NCBI RefSeq assembly: GCF_009914755.1
Contig: NC_060936.1
DNA length: 64,000 bases
Strand: one strand, 5' to 3'
DNA from: the human T2T-CHM13v2.0 reference genome, Homo sapiens
Position numbers and translations under genes: made by a program. Numbering within the stretch: position 1 is the stretch's first letter; each line of letters begins with the position of its first letter. Positions 1-34,313 of this stretch are shown piece after piece. The notes beneath the pieces are model-generated. The model did not search any database, was not told the DNA's origin, and worked only from the letters and a program-made list of their open reading frames with translations.

Positions 1-5270
<5,270 letters not shown>

Positions 5271-6140
5271 TTATACCAAACTATTAATAGTGGTTAACTC
5301 TAATGAGTAGTATTATAGCAACCTTTCACTTATCTGATTTTTCTTTGAAATAATAAAAATTTAAAAATAAGCATGCTTTGTTTTATAGCAAAAAATAACA
5401 CTCAGTGGAAAATACATTTAAACACAGACTGGATTATATCATTGTAGTGCTCAAAACTCTTCAATGGCTTTCTGCCAATAGAATAAAATTCATATTCATT
5501 ATTGTAGCACCCAGGGCTTTACACAATTTATCTTAATTTCCATTTACTTACTCCTATCTAATCTGGTCACACCAGACTACCTCTGCATTCTTTTTCTTGT
5601 AATTTTCTCTGCTTGAAATATGTTATTTACCCTTTCTGTCTGTTGACACACCCTTCAAGGTCCAGCTTAAATGTTCCTCTGCTCTTGTTCTTTCCAACTC
5701 TGAGAAATAACCATGCTTTCCTGAGTGTTTACCGTTCATTAGAGAGGAAGCATAGGAAACTTATAAGACTCATAACTTCCTGTGGGGACACTGCATATGA
5801 CTGTGCAGATTGCATCTGACTGCGTGCACATTGGGGTTTATGGAACTGGTGCTGCCCAGGGTCAGGCGGTGCACAACTTCTGGTCTTGAAGCGGGGACGT
5901 GGGGACAGACACATAACTCAGGCAAGAGGTAGTAGGGGTGTGAAAGTGTCTAGGCAGTCTTCCTCTTTAAGTAGTAGTCACTCTAACAAAGTAAGATGGA
6001 GAGAGATAAGATTAAGTAGTGTGATAGGTTGAGGGTACAGTGTGAGCATGGGCTTGAAGTATGGTGTGTTTGTGATTTCAGCATGACTGCAGTGGGGAGT
6101 GCCAAGGGGTGAGAAGAGGCCAGAAGGAGAGCAGGGATAA

Positions 6141-6447
<307 letters not shown>

Positions 6448-8331
6448 TGATTACAGGCCTGAGCCACCGCACCCAGCCTGGACTTTCTTCTGAGTACCCC
6501 AGAGAGCTGGTAGGTTACGCGCAGTAGTAACATGATCGAATTTGGATTTTAAAGAGATTACTGACTACACTGTAGAAACTAGTAAGGAGGCTGTTATACA
6601 AAGAGATGACGAGTACTGAAACTGAAGTACTGGCAGTGGCTCAGAATCTCAGGTACATCTAATGCAAAAGTACATCTAATGCAAACTTCAGCTTTCCAGT
6701 ACACTTCCTTGAGAGGCACATCTCATGATTTCTTGTTTGATTTCATTTTTACTCAACACAGATGGGAAAAATAGGACATAGGCACAGTTATGATAAAAAA
6801 AAAAAAAAAAGAAAGAGCTATGACAAAGCAAGAAAAGTAACACAGAATCTGACCTTGGAGTTTTCATTCAATAAACATTTAATGATCAATTACCATATAT
6901 TGGGCCCTCCTGGCACTGTTCTCTGTATACTCATGGAGAGATACCACATTCTTATGTCTTAAAGCCATTGCTGCGTTTCTAGATACGTGCTATCTGCTTG
7001 TACGGAAGAGGCTTTCTGAAGTCTGGTTGCCCTCGTTGTAGGAGAACATCTTCTAACAAATATTTGAGCCAGTCTAAGTTTCTTTCTTCACAACAGAGGC
7101 AAGGGTACATATTCACTACAAGATCAAGTGCTGACAACTTGGCATTTGCTCCTTCTTCTTTAGCATTTTTGACCTTGAATCCTACTGGTCTTGGAATAAC
7201 TATGAATAACTTTATGTCCATCCCCTGCAAGAAGCCTGTCTCGCCTTTCCCTCTCTCTGCCATGTTGGAATGAACTATTGTTACCCAGGCCTTTCACAGT
7301 TTTCACCAAGGGGATTTCCCCATGTCTGGGGCATGTTTATATTCATTTCTAATTGATCCATATCACTCTCCCTCTCCTGTTTGGCTTCTATTGCAGCCAC
7401 TTTGGAGCCACAGATAAGATTTAAAGCCTAAGAAAAACAGAAGAGGTGTCTGGGAGGGAGCATAGGCAAGACAAGGGGAAAACTGAAGCAAGTTGACAAC
7501 CCCCAGGCAGTAGGTACAGGAATCCCTGTCTACAAAGTCTTCTATTGCCTAGAGACACCAGTTCATGCTTAAGTTTCAGAGTTAGTTTCTGGGAACACTA
7601 AGAACTATGATCTGCAAGGTTTTTCTAGTTCTATATCTAGTTCTAAAATTTTACAATTCCCATTGTAAGATATCACCAACATATCTATTCACAAGGTTCA
7701 TTTGTAAAGAGACCTAAGCAACTCTTTTTTTCGTAAACAATTCTTAATTAAAATTAGGATTGAGGATTTGAGACTCGTAGATACATTTGGGAATAGTAGA
7801 AGTTAAACTTCTGGGATTTATCCTATAGTTCCTTCAGGAGATTCCTATAAAAGCTATCGGGGCTGGGTGCGGTGGCTCACGCCTGTAATCTCAGCACTTT
7901 GGGAGGCCGAGGTGGGCAGATCACGAGGTCAAGAGATTGAGACCATCCTGGCCAACATGGTGAAACCCTGTCTCTACTAAAATAAAATACAAAAATTAGC
8001 TGGGTGTGGTGGCACGTGCCTGCAGTCCCAGCTACTCGGGAGGCCGAGGCAGGAGAATGCCTTGAATCTGGGAGGCGGAGGTTGCAGTGAGTCAAGATCA
8101 CACCACTGAACTTCAGCGTGGGCAACAGAGTGAAACTCCGTCTCAAAAAAACAAAAACAAAAACAAAAACAAAAACAAAAAAAACCTATCTAAAACATTG
8201 GTTCCTTTTGGTTTCTCTGACAATCTGAACATCATTAGCAAGACAAAATAATATTAGCTAGAAAATTAAAAGTTGTGCGATATGTTTTGAAGGAAAGTAA
8301 TTTCTTAAGATGATGGATAAAAGAAATAGGT

Positions 8332-8480
8332 AGGGTTGCCAGATTTAGCACAAACAAACAAACAGGATATCCAGTTAAATTTGAATTTCAGATCAAAGAT
8401 GAATACTTTTTAAAGCATAAATATGTCCCATATAATGTTTGAGACATAGCTATACTAAAAAGCAAACAAACAAAACACTA
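8332..8480 (+). mobile_element. MER33-like hAT-Charlie DNA transposon fragment
   Basis: AGGGTTGCCAGATTTAGCA...CCAGTTAAATTTGAATTTCAGAT...TATGTCCCAT resembles the MER33 consensus as I recall it. Confidence 0.7.
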
Positions 8481-9069
8481 TTTTATCCAACAATCTTAAA
8501 CAGGTTGCTAAAGTTCTGTTCCACCCAATAGGCTGTTAGGAGGATTAAATTAGATAAAGTGCGGCCGGGCGAGGTGGCTCACCCCTGTAATCCCAGCACT
8601 TTGGGAGGCTGAGGCGGGCGGATCACGAGGTCAGGAGATCGAGATTATCCTGGCTAACACGGTGAAACCCCATCTCTACTAAAAACACAAAAATTAGCCG
8701 GGCATTGTGGTGGGCGCCTGTAGTCCCACCACAGGTGGTGGGCTGAGGCAGAATGGTGTGAACCCGGGAGGCGAAGCTTGCAGTGAGCCGAGATCGCGCC
8801 ACTGCACTCCAGCCTGGGCGACAGAGTGAGACTCCGTGTTAAAAAAAAAAAAAAAAAAGAAAAACTATCTCTAATGCATCTTAAACTTTTACCAGGGTGC
8901 AAGAAGAACAATTTAAGAGTGCACGGCTGCTGAGGAAGAGCACTGTGACAGCATCGATGGAAATTATTAAATGGAGCAGAACCTTATACTCTGGAACTTT
9001 GCTTAGGGTTTGCTTACCAACTGATGCTGCTAAAATTTTAGCAGTCATTAAGAGTCACTTCAAAGGCTT

Positions 9070-9342
<273 letters not shown>

Positions 9343-9350
9343 CTATACTA

Positions 9351-9494
<144 letters not shown>

Positions 9495-10339
9495 TCAAAA
9501 AAAAAAATTAAGAAGATAATTGTTATAGGGACATATATTAATATTTTTATTTGAGATAAAAAAAGAAGTCAGGCTTCCAAAGCCAAAAGATTTGGCTCAC
9601 AGGTTTGCCTACAAACAGTAGCTTTGTCATTTAGTTTATATTTCTATAAACTGAATGATCTTTGTCTGTATGCCAAGGTTTTTGTTTGTTTGTTTTTTAA
9701 CTTAAAATCTACAAAGCTTTTGTGTATGGTTTGTACAGTTTTGGGGACAAGTGAAGGGCTGAAACTTCGTTGTGCAGTTTTGTGGGATATGTAGAGGCTG
9801 AAATACAGCCTGCAATCCACTGGCCAGGCTCTCCTCCTCATCCAGAGGAAGGAGCACATTTTTCTTTACACAGGGGTACCATTCCTAGAAAACCTGCTTT
9901 TTCCCAGAAGGGCACCTTTGCCTAATTTGCAGAAAGGCACTGGAAAAGCTAGCAATGGCCCTGAAAGCATGTATACCAAATACCGGACAGCAGAAATTAA
10001 TCCCTGGAAGCTACTTAAACACAAAAAAAATTTTCTTAGATGTCACTTAAAAACATGTGGAAGGAATCGCTTGAACTCGGAAGGCAGAGGTTGCAGTGAG
10101 CTGCGATCGCGCCAGTGCACTCCAGCTTGGGCGACAGAGCGAGATTTCGTCCCACCACCCCAAAAAAAACAAACAGTGTAGAGGAAATACATAGTTTTTT
10201 TTTTTTTTAATTATTACCTGAGTAAACAAACCAAAAGAAGAAGAAGAAGGCCATTGCTCCAAACTCTCTTTCAATGTTGCTCTAGTGCCTATTCCTCACC
10301 TTGCACTGCCAATCTGCACATCTCCCCTCTCTGGTTCTT

Positions 10340-10770
10340 CTTTTTGGCTGCTGCTTTCTTTAAACAACTAATATTTATGAAAATAGTTGACAAGTAAGTG
10401 CAGTGGTGAGCAGTCTCAATTCCTGACTCAATACTGATGGAAGCAATCTGTTTAACAACCTCAGAAAGACTGTGTGAGTCATTTGTGGATTCTCATCTGG
10501 AAATGATCCTAAATCCTAGAATCTTCACCACAAGGCTGTTTTTCTTGCAGTGATTCTTGGAGTCTTGACATTCAAACTGGTTCTTCAAGCTGGGATTCTT
10601 TCCCTTCGGGTCTCTGATCCAATCAGCGCACACCTTCTCCAAGGATTTCCCGCTGTGGCTGGTTGGGGTAATCCTCATTCAGTGAATTGTCACCTCTGGT
10701 TCCAAGAGTGTATGTATTTCCGGAGTTTTGTAAAGTCTAGGGCGGCGTGCCTATTCCAACTAGTTCCTCA
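10340..10770 (-). pseudogene. RPS20P28: Processed pseudogene of ribosomal protein S20, highly diverged (number P28 recalled, not verified)
   Basis: Minus-strand frames give [37 protein letters not shown] and PCGEDSRI*DHFQMRIHK versus RPS20 [27 protein letters not shown]...[28 protein letters not shown]; intronless, frameshifted, start codon lost (about 10740), 3' UTR remnant GTCAACTATTTT. Confidence 0.88.
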
Positions 10771-11045
10771 AGGAATGGCCAAGAGGACATGGCTGTCCCT
10801 CCTAGAGCCCTCTGCTACTTTTCAGGCCTCATTATACTCTCGCAATTTCCTTTCCTTTTATCTTCTCCCTGATCTTCTCCCTAAATGTTCCCAAATTTAT
10901 CCTCTTCTCTGAGGGCTTTGCTTCTTCAGGCCTAACTAAATACACAATCCACAAGCCACTGATCTCACCTCAGCTGCACCTATGCTAATTCTCACTTCCA
11001 GTTTTTCTCCAAGGCCAGTACTGGGAGGGATGGCGCAAAGATATA

Positions 11046-11064
11046 CACTGCCACCTGGTGGCCA
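11046..11064 (-). promoter_or_regulatory. Strong CTCF consensus motif
   Basis: Minus strand TGGCCACCAGGTGGCAGTG in unique DNA; RFX-like CCATAGCAAC about 45 bp away. Confidence 0.7.
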
Positions 11065-11459
11065 ACTGCTAACCAGCTCTGGTAATACCAAGGATGTTAC
11101 TAGCACCATAGCAACGGGCTCTGGAGGCGGATTTGCAAAAGCACCAGGCGTGGGCAGAACAGTGTCACTTCCTTCTTTGGTAGTAGCATCTCTCTGCCTG
11201 GAATTATCTTTCCAAATCTATTTCTCACAAAATTCTTTTCATCTTTCAAAGTCCATATAAATGCCACTTTTACCATGATCCCCTTCCTGATCCTTCAAGT
11301 TAGCGGATCTCACTTCTCTGAAAGTACTACAGGGTAGGTTCAGCATTTCGCTTGTAACTCTTACGATGCTGCTCTTTGCCTACTTCAAACTGCTGCTCAT
11401 CCCCTAAAAACTCAGCTCCTTTTCAGTGCATGCCATCAGGATATTGTAATAATCTGCTG

Positions 11460-12258
11460 ATCTCCTGGGTCACTTCCCCCACATTCTCTGAAAATTTAGA
11501 AGCCTGATTCATTCTCTTAGTTTACACCATTCCTACTGTCATCAGTCCGGGCTATTCCATGATGCATGGAGACAATTCATCGAATAGGCTGGCCGTCAGT
11601 TTCTTGTCCACTCATTTCCAATCATCTTGTTTTCCAGTCCACCTCAGTCATTTATTCCCGTGGTTAATACCCTAGCCCTGGTTATTTATAATAAATGGGC
11701 TCGGCTGGGTGCGGTGGCTCACACCTGTAATCCCAGCACTTTGGGAGGCTGAGGTGGGTGGATCACGAGGTCAGGAGTTCAAGACCAGCCTGGCCGGGAT
11801 GGTGAAACCCCATCTCCACTAAAAATACAAAAATTAGCCGGGTGTGGTGGCAGGTGCCTGTAATCCCAGCTACTCAGGAGGCTGAGGCATAGAATTGCTT
11901 GAACCTGGGAGGTGGAGGTTGCAGTGAGCTGAGATCACACCAGTGCACTCCAGCCTGGGCAACAGAGCAAGAGTTCGTCTCAAAAAAAAAAAAAAAAAAA
12001 AAAAGGCTGCTTGTAAAACCTGTATTATTTTGCATCTCACACTGACCATCACTTCCTCTCTAACCATTTCTTGATAGAAGCAGGATCTCTACACTATTAA
12101 CCCTCTCAACTTTTCACTGCCCATCACTCTTCTATTTTTACTTTCCACATCACCCGACTTAAATTCTTTGATTCATCACCCTAAACGCTTCCTTGCATAA
12201 ATGAGCAACTCCTGGGCACTCCCTTCCCCCGTCACATTCTCTGGTAAGAACGCAACTT
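11460..12258 (+). mobile_element. L2 LINE internal fragment, interrupted by an Alu at 11703-12004
   Basis: Pyrimidine-rich decayed L2-like sequence; L2 3'-type sequence resumes at 20815-20932 and 27008-27185. Confidence 0.55.
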
Positions 12259-12498
12259 TTGGCCAGGTGCGGTGGCTCACACATGAAGTCCCAGCACTTT
12301 GGGAGGCCAAGGCAGGCAGATCGCTTGAGGCCAGGAGATCAAGACTATCCTCGTCAACATGGTAAAACCTCGCCTCTACTAAAAAAAGAAAAAAAAAATG
12401 GCATGAAAATTGCTTGAACACAGGAGGCGGAGGTTGCAGTGTGTTGAGATCACGCCACTGGACTCCAGCCTGGGCGACAGAGCGAGACTCTATCTCAA

Positions 12499-20333
<7,835 letters not shown>

Positions 20334-20709
20334 TGTGATGGTTAATACTTAGTGTCAACTTGATTGGATTGAAGGATGCAATATTGATCCTGGGTGTGTC
20401 TGTGAGGCTGTTGCCAAAGGAGACTAACATTTGAGTCAGTGGACCGGGGAAGGCAGACTCTCCCTTAATTGGGCGGGCACCATCTAATCAGTCACCAACA
20501 AATATAAAAGCAAGTCAGAAAAACGTGAAAAGGAGAGACTGGCGTAGACTCTCAGGCTACATCTTTCTCCCATGCTGGATGCTTCCTGCCCTTGAATATC
20601 GGACTCCAAGTTCTTCAGTTTTCAGACTTGGACTGACTCTCCTTGCTCCTCAGCTTGCAGACAGCCTATTGTGGGACTCTGTTATCGTGTAAGTTAATAC
20701 TTAATAAAC

Positions 20710-20759
<50 letters not shown>

Positions 20760-20814
20760 AATCATCTATCTATCCTATTAGTTCTCTCCCTTTAAGAGAA
20801 CCCTGACTAATACA
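20334..20814 (+). mobile_element. MLT2A1 LTR (3' LTR of the HERV-L)
   Basis: Starts TGTGATGGTTAATAC...GTGTCAACTTGATTGGATTGAAGG, ends GAGAACCCTGACTAATACA; TATA at 20501-20510, AATAAA at 20703; lacks the extra internal block I recall for MLT2A2. Confidence 0.9.
20711..20773. repeat. (CTAT)12 tetranucleotide microsatellite plus degenerate tail, inside the LTR
   Basis: Direct read of the sequence. Confidence 0.95.
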
Positions 20815-21612
20815 CATATGCCTTTCCTTCTATCTGAAACACTCTTTTTCCAGATCTCCTCATGGCCGGCTCTTTATGTCATTCTGGTTTCTGCTCAAGT
20901 TTACTGTAAAGAGGGCTTCCCTGACCACACTACAGGCACTTCTCGCTTTATTGTGCTTTGCTTTATTTAGTTTGCCCCTATTGCGTGTTTTTACAAAATT
21001 GGTTTGTGACAATCCTATGACAAGCAAGTCTCTTGGCCTCATTTTTCCAACAGCATGAGCTCACTTTGGATCTTTGTGCCACATTCCGGTAATTCATGCA
21101 AAATTTCAAACTTTTTCATTATTATTGTATCTGTTATCATGATCTGTGATCAGTGATTTTTGATATTACTATTGTCATTGTTTTGGCATGAACCACAGCC
21201 ACATAAGACAATGAATTTAATCAATATATATCGTATGTGTTCTGACTGCTCCACCAACTGGCCATTCCCCCCGTTTCTCTCTCCTCTCTTTTCTCAGGCA
21301 TCCCTAATTCCCTGAGACTATAATATTGAAATTAGGCCAGTTAATAACCCTACAATGGCATCTAAGTATTCAAAGTGAAAGAAGAGTCAAACAGCATTCG
21401 TTTTAAATAAAAAGCCAAAAATGATAAAGCTTAGTGATAAAGGCATGTCAAAAGCCAAGATAAGCCAAAAGCAAGGCCTGTTGCACCAAACAGTTAGCCA
21501 AGCTGTAAATGCAAAGGAAAAGTTCTTGAAGAAAATTAAAAGTGCTACTCCAGTGAACAAACAAATGATAAGGAAGTGAAACAGATGTATTGCTGATATG
21601 GAGAAAGTTTTA

Positions 21613-21780
<168 letters not shown>

Positions 21781-21783
21781 CTA

Positions 21784-21924
<141 letters not shown>

Positions 21925-22075
21925 TCAAAACAAAACCCAAAGAAAAACAAAAAAAGCCAGGCACGGTGGCTCACTCCTGTAATCTCAGCACTTTGGGAGG
22001 CTGAGGAGGGTGGATCACCTGAGGTCGGGAGTTTGAGACCAGCCTGACCAACATGGAGAAGTCCCATCTCTACTA

Positions 22076-22725
<650 letters not shown>

Positions 22726-23086
22726 TAACCTAAAAGTGCAAGGTGAAGCAGCACCTGCTGATATAGAAGCTGCAACAAATTATCCAGAAGATCTAGCTAA
22801 GATAATTAACAAAAGTGGCAACACTTAACGACAGATTTTCAGTGTAGATGAAACAGCCTTATATTGGAAGAAGATGCCATCTAGGACTTTTATAGCCAGG
22901 AAGGAGAAGTCAATATCTGATTTCACAGCTTCAAATGATAGGCTGACTCTCTTTTTAGGGGCATTAGCTTCATTATGTAAATCTGCTCGGCTTATGCCCT
23001 ATAAATGGAACAACAAAGCCTGGATGACAGCATATCTGTTTATAGCATGGTTTACTGAATTGTTTTTTTTTTTTTTTTAATTTTTA

Positions 23087-23209
<123 letters not shown>

Positions 23210-23219
23210 TTAAAAAAAT

Positions 23220-23949
23220 TAATTTTTATGGGTGTATAGTAGGTGTATACATTTATGGGGCACATGAGATATTTTAATACAAGTATACAATGTGTAATAA
23301 TCACATCAGGATAAATGAGGTATCTATCACTTCAAGCATTTATGATTTCTTTGTGTCACAAACTTTCCAATTATACTTTTTATTTTTAAGTGTACAATAA
23401 ACTGTTTACTGTAGTCACCCTGTTGTGCCATCAAATACTACATCTTATTCACCCTATTTAAATATATATATACACATTTGAGACACAGTCTTGCTTTGTC
23501 ACCCAGGCTGAAGTGCAGTGATGTGATCTTGGCTCACTGCAACCTCCGGCTCACAAGTTTAAGCAATTCTCATGCCTCAGCCTCCTGAGTAGCTGAGACT
23601 ACAGGTGTGCACCACCACGCCCGGCTAATTTTTTGTATTTTTAGTAGAGATGGGGTTTTGCCAAGTTGGCCAGGCTTAACTATATTTTTGTACCCATGAG
23701 CCATACCCACTCCTCCCGCCTCCACTACTGATCTCAGCCTCTAGTAATCATCATTATATACTCTATCTCCATAAGTTCAATTGTTTTAATGTTTAGTTCC
23801 CACAAATGAGTAAGAACATGTAAAGTTTGTCTTTCTGTGCCTGGCTTATTTCACTTAACATGATGGCCTCTAGTTTCATCCACGTTGTTGCCAATGACAG
23901 GTTCTCATTCTTTTTTATGGTTGAATAGTACTCCATTGTGTGTGTGCAT

Positions 23950-24006
<57 letters not shown>

Positions 24007-24150
24007 GAGCACATTTTCTTTACCCATTCATCTGTTAATGGACACTTAGGTTGATTCCAAATCTTGACTGTTGTGAATGGTGCTGCAATAAACATTTGTA
24101 TGTCTTCTTTGAGAAATGTCTATTTAGATATTTTGCCATTTTTAAGTTGG
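23220..24150 (-). mobile_element. L1MA-type 3' fragment inserted in Tigger1 (contains an Alu and a CA repeat)
   Basis: ORF2 C-terminal remnant FIAAPFTTVKIWNQPKCP...MEYYSTIKKNE...WMKLEAIMLSEISQAQKDK; repeat TTTACTGAAT on both sides (23051 and about 24153). Confidence 0.85.
23937..24006. repeat. Compound (TG)n/(CA)n/(TA)n microsatellite
   Basis: Direct read; alternating purine-pyrimidine for about 70 bp. Confidence 0.9.
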
Positions 24151-25257
24151 AATTTACTGAATATTTAGATTTACTGCTCAGAGAAAAAGATTCCTTTCAA
24201 CATATTACTGCTTACTGGCAACACACCTAGTCATCCAAGAGCTTTGATGGAGACATACAAGAAGACTGATGTTGTTTTCATACCTGTTAATATTGCATTC
24301 AGGTGGCAGCCCACAGATCAAGGAGTAATTCTGACTTTCAAGTTTTATTATTTAAGAAATATATTTCATATGGCTTATAACCACCATAGATAGTGACTTC
24401 TTGGATGGATATGGGCAAAATAAATTGAAAATCTTCTGGAGAGGATTCACCATTCTAGATGCCATTAAGAACATTTGTGGCCAGGCATGGTGGCTCATTC
24501 CTGTAATCCCAATGCTTTGGGAGGCAGAAGCAGTCATATTGCTTGCTTGAGTCTAAGCTGGGCTTGAGTCCGAGAGTTTGAGACCAGCCTGGGCAACGTG
24601 GTGAAACCCTGTATCTACTAAAAATAGAAAAAATTAGGTCGGGGGAGAGGTGGGACACAGTGGCAGGTGCCTGTAGTCCCAGCTACATGGGAGGCTGAGG
24701 TGGGAGGATCACCTCAGCCTGGGAAGTTGAGGTTGCAGTAAGTATGGTTTACTGATTTTTTTTTTTCTAATGCTTAACTTATTGGCTGGGCATGGTGTGA
24801 TCATACCACTGCACTCCAGCCTGCGTGATGGGAGTGAAACTCTGCCTCAAAAATAAATAAATAAAAAAAGAATTTCCTACCACCAAATTTTTAAAAAAAG
24901 AACATTCATAATTCATGGGAGGAGCTCAAAATATCAACATTAACAGGAGTTTGGAAGAAGTTGATTCCAACCCTCATGGATGACTTTGATGGGTTCAAGA
25001 CTTGAGTGGAGGAAGTAACTGCAGAAGTAACTGCAGAAATAGCAAGAGAACTAGAATTAGAAGTGGAGCCTGAAGATAAGGCTGAATTGTTGCAATCTCA
25101 TGAGAAAACTTGAATGGATGAGGAGTTGCTTCTTATGGATAAGCAAAGAAAGTGGTTCTTAACATGGAATCTACTCCTAGTAAACAGCCTGTGAATATTG
25201 TTGAAATGGCAACAAAGGATTTCAAATATTACATAAATTTAGTTAATAAAGCAGTAA

Positions 25258-25635
<378 letters not shown>

Positions 25636-25837
25636 TGATCCACCCCGCTCGGCCTCCCAAAGTGCTAGGATTACAGGTGTGAGCCACCGCGCCTGGCTAT
25701 TATTGTCTTATTTAAAGAAATTGCTACCACCACCCCCAGCCTTCGGCGACCACGACCCTGATCAGTCAGCAGCCATCAACGTTGAGGCAAGACCCTCCAC
25801 CAGCAAAAAGATTGTGACACGCTCAAGGCTCAGGTGA

Positions 25838-26087
<250 letters not shown>

Positions 26088-26186
26088 TGAGACGGGGTTT
26101 CACTGTGTTAGCCAGGATGGTCTCATTCTCCTGACCTCGTGATCTGCCTGCCTCGGCCTCCCAAAGTGCTGAGATTACAGGCATGA

Positions 26187-26523
<337 letters not shown>

Positions 26524-27213
26524 TAGAGTCTTGTTCCGTCGCCCAGGCTGGAGTGTAGTGGTGTGACGTCAGCTCACTGCAACCTCCTCCTCCTCCTGGA
26601 TTCAAGCGATTCTCCGGCCTCAGCCTCCTGAGTAGCTGGGATTACAGGCTCCCGCCACCACGCCCAGATAATTTTTTTGTATTTTTTGTAAAGACGGGGT
26701 TTCACCATGTCAGCCAGGCTGGTTTTGAACTCCTGACCTCAAGTGATTCGCGCACCTTGGCCTCCCAAAGTGCTAGGATTACAGGCGTGAGCCCCCACGC
26801 CCGGCCGCAAGAAAGTATTTTTAAATTAAGGTATATACATTTTTTTTAGACACAATGCTATTGTACCCTTAACAGACTACAGTATAGTGTAAACATAACT
26901 TTTACGTGCACTGGGAAGCCAAAATATTTCTATGATTCACTTTATTGAATACTAGCTTTATCACAGTTGTCTGGAAACAAATCTGCACTATCTCTGAGGT
27001 GTGCCTGTATTTAGAATAATCAGTATCCTTCCTCTCTAACCATTCCACCATTTTTTATCCCCTTATCTTGCTTTATTTTTCTTCTTAGAATTTATCATTT
27101 CCTTCTCTATCAGGGCAGTCCCAGGCACCAACAGTGCCTGTAGTATAATAGCTACTTGAGAAATATTTGAATGAATGAGTCATAAAGAACTACTATATCT
27201 TCCCAGAAAATTA

Positions 27214-29685
<2,472 letters not shown>

Positions 29686-30558
29686 ATAGCTATTATTGTG
29701 TATATTCATATATTACGCTATGTTACTCTTCACACCTATATAGCCATGGTTCTTTTCAAGGAAATTCGCTCAAAACAAGTTGTGTATAATTTTTACTGAG
29801 GCCTGTTTGCAATTACAATGCTGATCATAAATATTTTATCATTCTTATTGTTCTTGATAATATTAAAGCACAAAAGGCCACAAATGGCAAATAGTAATTA
29901 CTTATGAATAAAAATAATTTGGGAATATACCAAGTCTAGTGGCTGCAATAGTCTCTCCCACCACCACTTACGTATATTACACATTATCAAGACAAGAAAA
30001 GTTTAGGAAGATGATAGGTACTGTGATTATCAACATAACCCTGACAAACCAATTTGATATCTGACATCAGTTTTAATACTCACATTCTGTCTGTTGTCCA
30101 TCTCTCTGCTATCCTAGGAATTGACTCCCTCTCCAATTTCTCTTCAAGGTACTGTGTCCTGTAAGTTGTAATTGGCTAGTTATTCATTCACTGCATCTAC
30201 TTAAGCTCCTTGAGGGAAAAGGCTGTGATTTAGACCTCTGGCCAATGGGCACTCTAACAAATCCTTGTGGAATAAAGTGAAACTTCATATAATTCTAATG
30301 ATGTTTTAGAATGACTCAATTCTGGGATCTCCAACAAAGCTCATTCCACTCACTCATTCAGTAGCTTGTGAGAAGCATTTTATCAAAGGGTTCTGGGGAG
30401 AGACAGCTGAAGGTGAGGTAAAAACATCTCTCCTGTATTTTGAGTCGTTTCTGTCACCAACTAGCAGTTTCCCGATCTGCGAAATGAGCAGGGATTGGAT
30501 TAGGTGATCTTGCTGTCATAAAATTCTGTGATTTAATGTGGTTTACCTTGCCATGTAA

Positions 30559-34125
<3,567 letters not shown>

Positions 34126-34313
34126 ATGGAAATTCTAAATTTAGACTGTGTATTAAACTGGGACAAAACTAATAATAGTATTTTACCAAGGGCATTTGGC
34201 CTTACTCCCATTCTCTCAGACTTAAGACATAAATCACTGAATGAATCCAGCACTGAATAAATGAATGATCCATAATTTCCTAAGACAATTCCAATTTTTA
34301 TCTTGCACAAATC

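Noticed and set aside
6784-6824. Poly(A) run between imperfect repeats ACAGTTATGAT and AGAGCTATGAC (possible poly(A)-only L1 insertion)
   Set aside because: Repeats are short with 3 mismatches; cannot be distinguished from chance.
9700-10003. Minus-strand acceptor-like site followed by about 100 codons with one stop (possible dead exon)
   Set aside because: No recognisable homology and no matching donor or partner exons.
10560-10690. Homeodomain-like peptide NEDYPNQPQREIL in one minus frame
   Set aside because: It is an off-frame reading of the RPS20 pseudogene.
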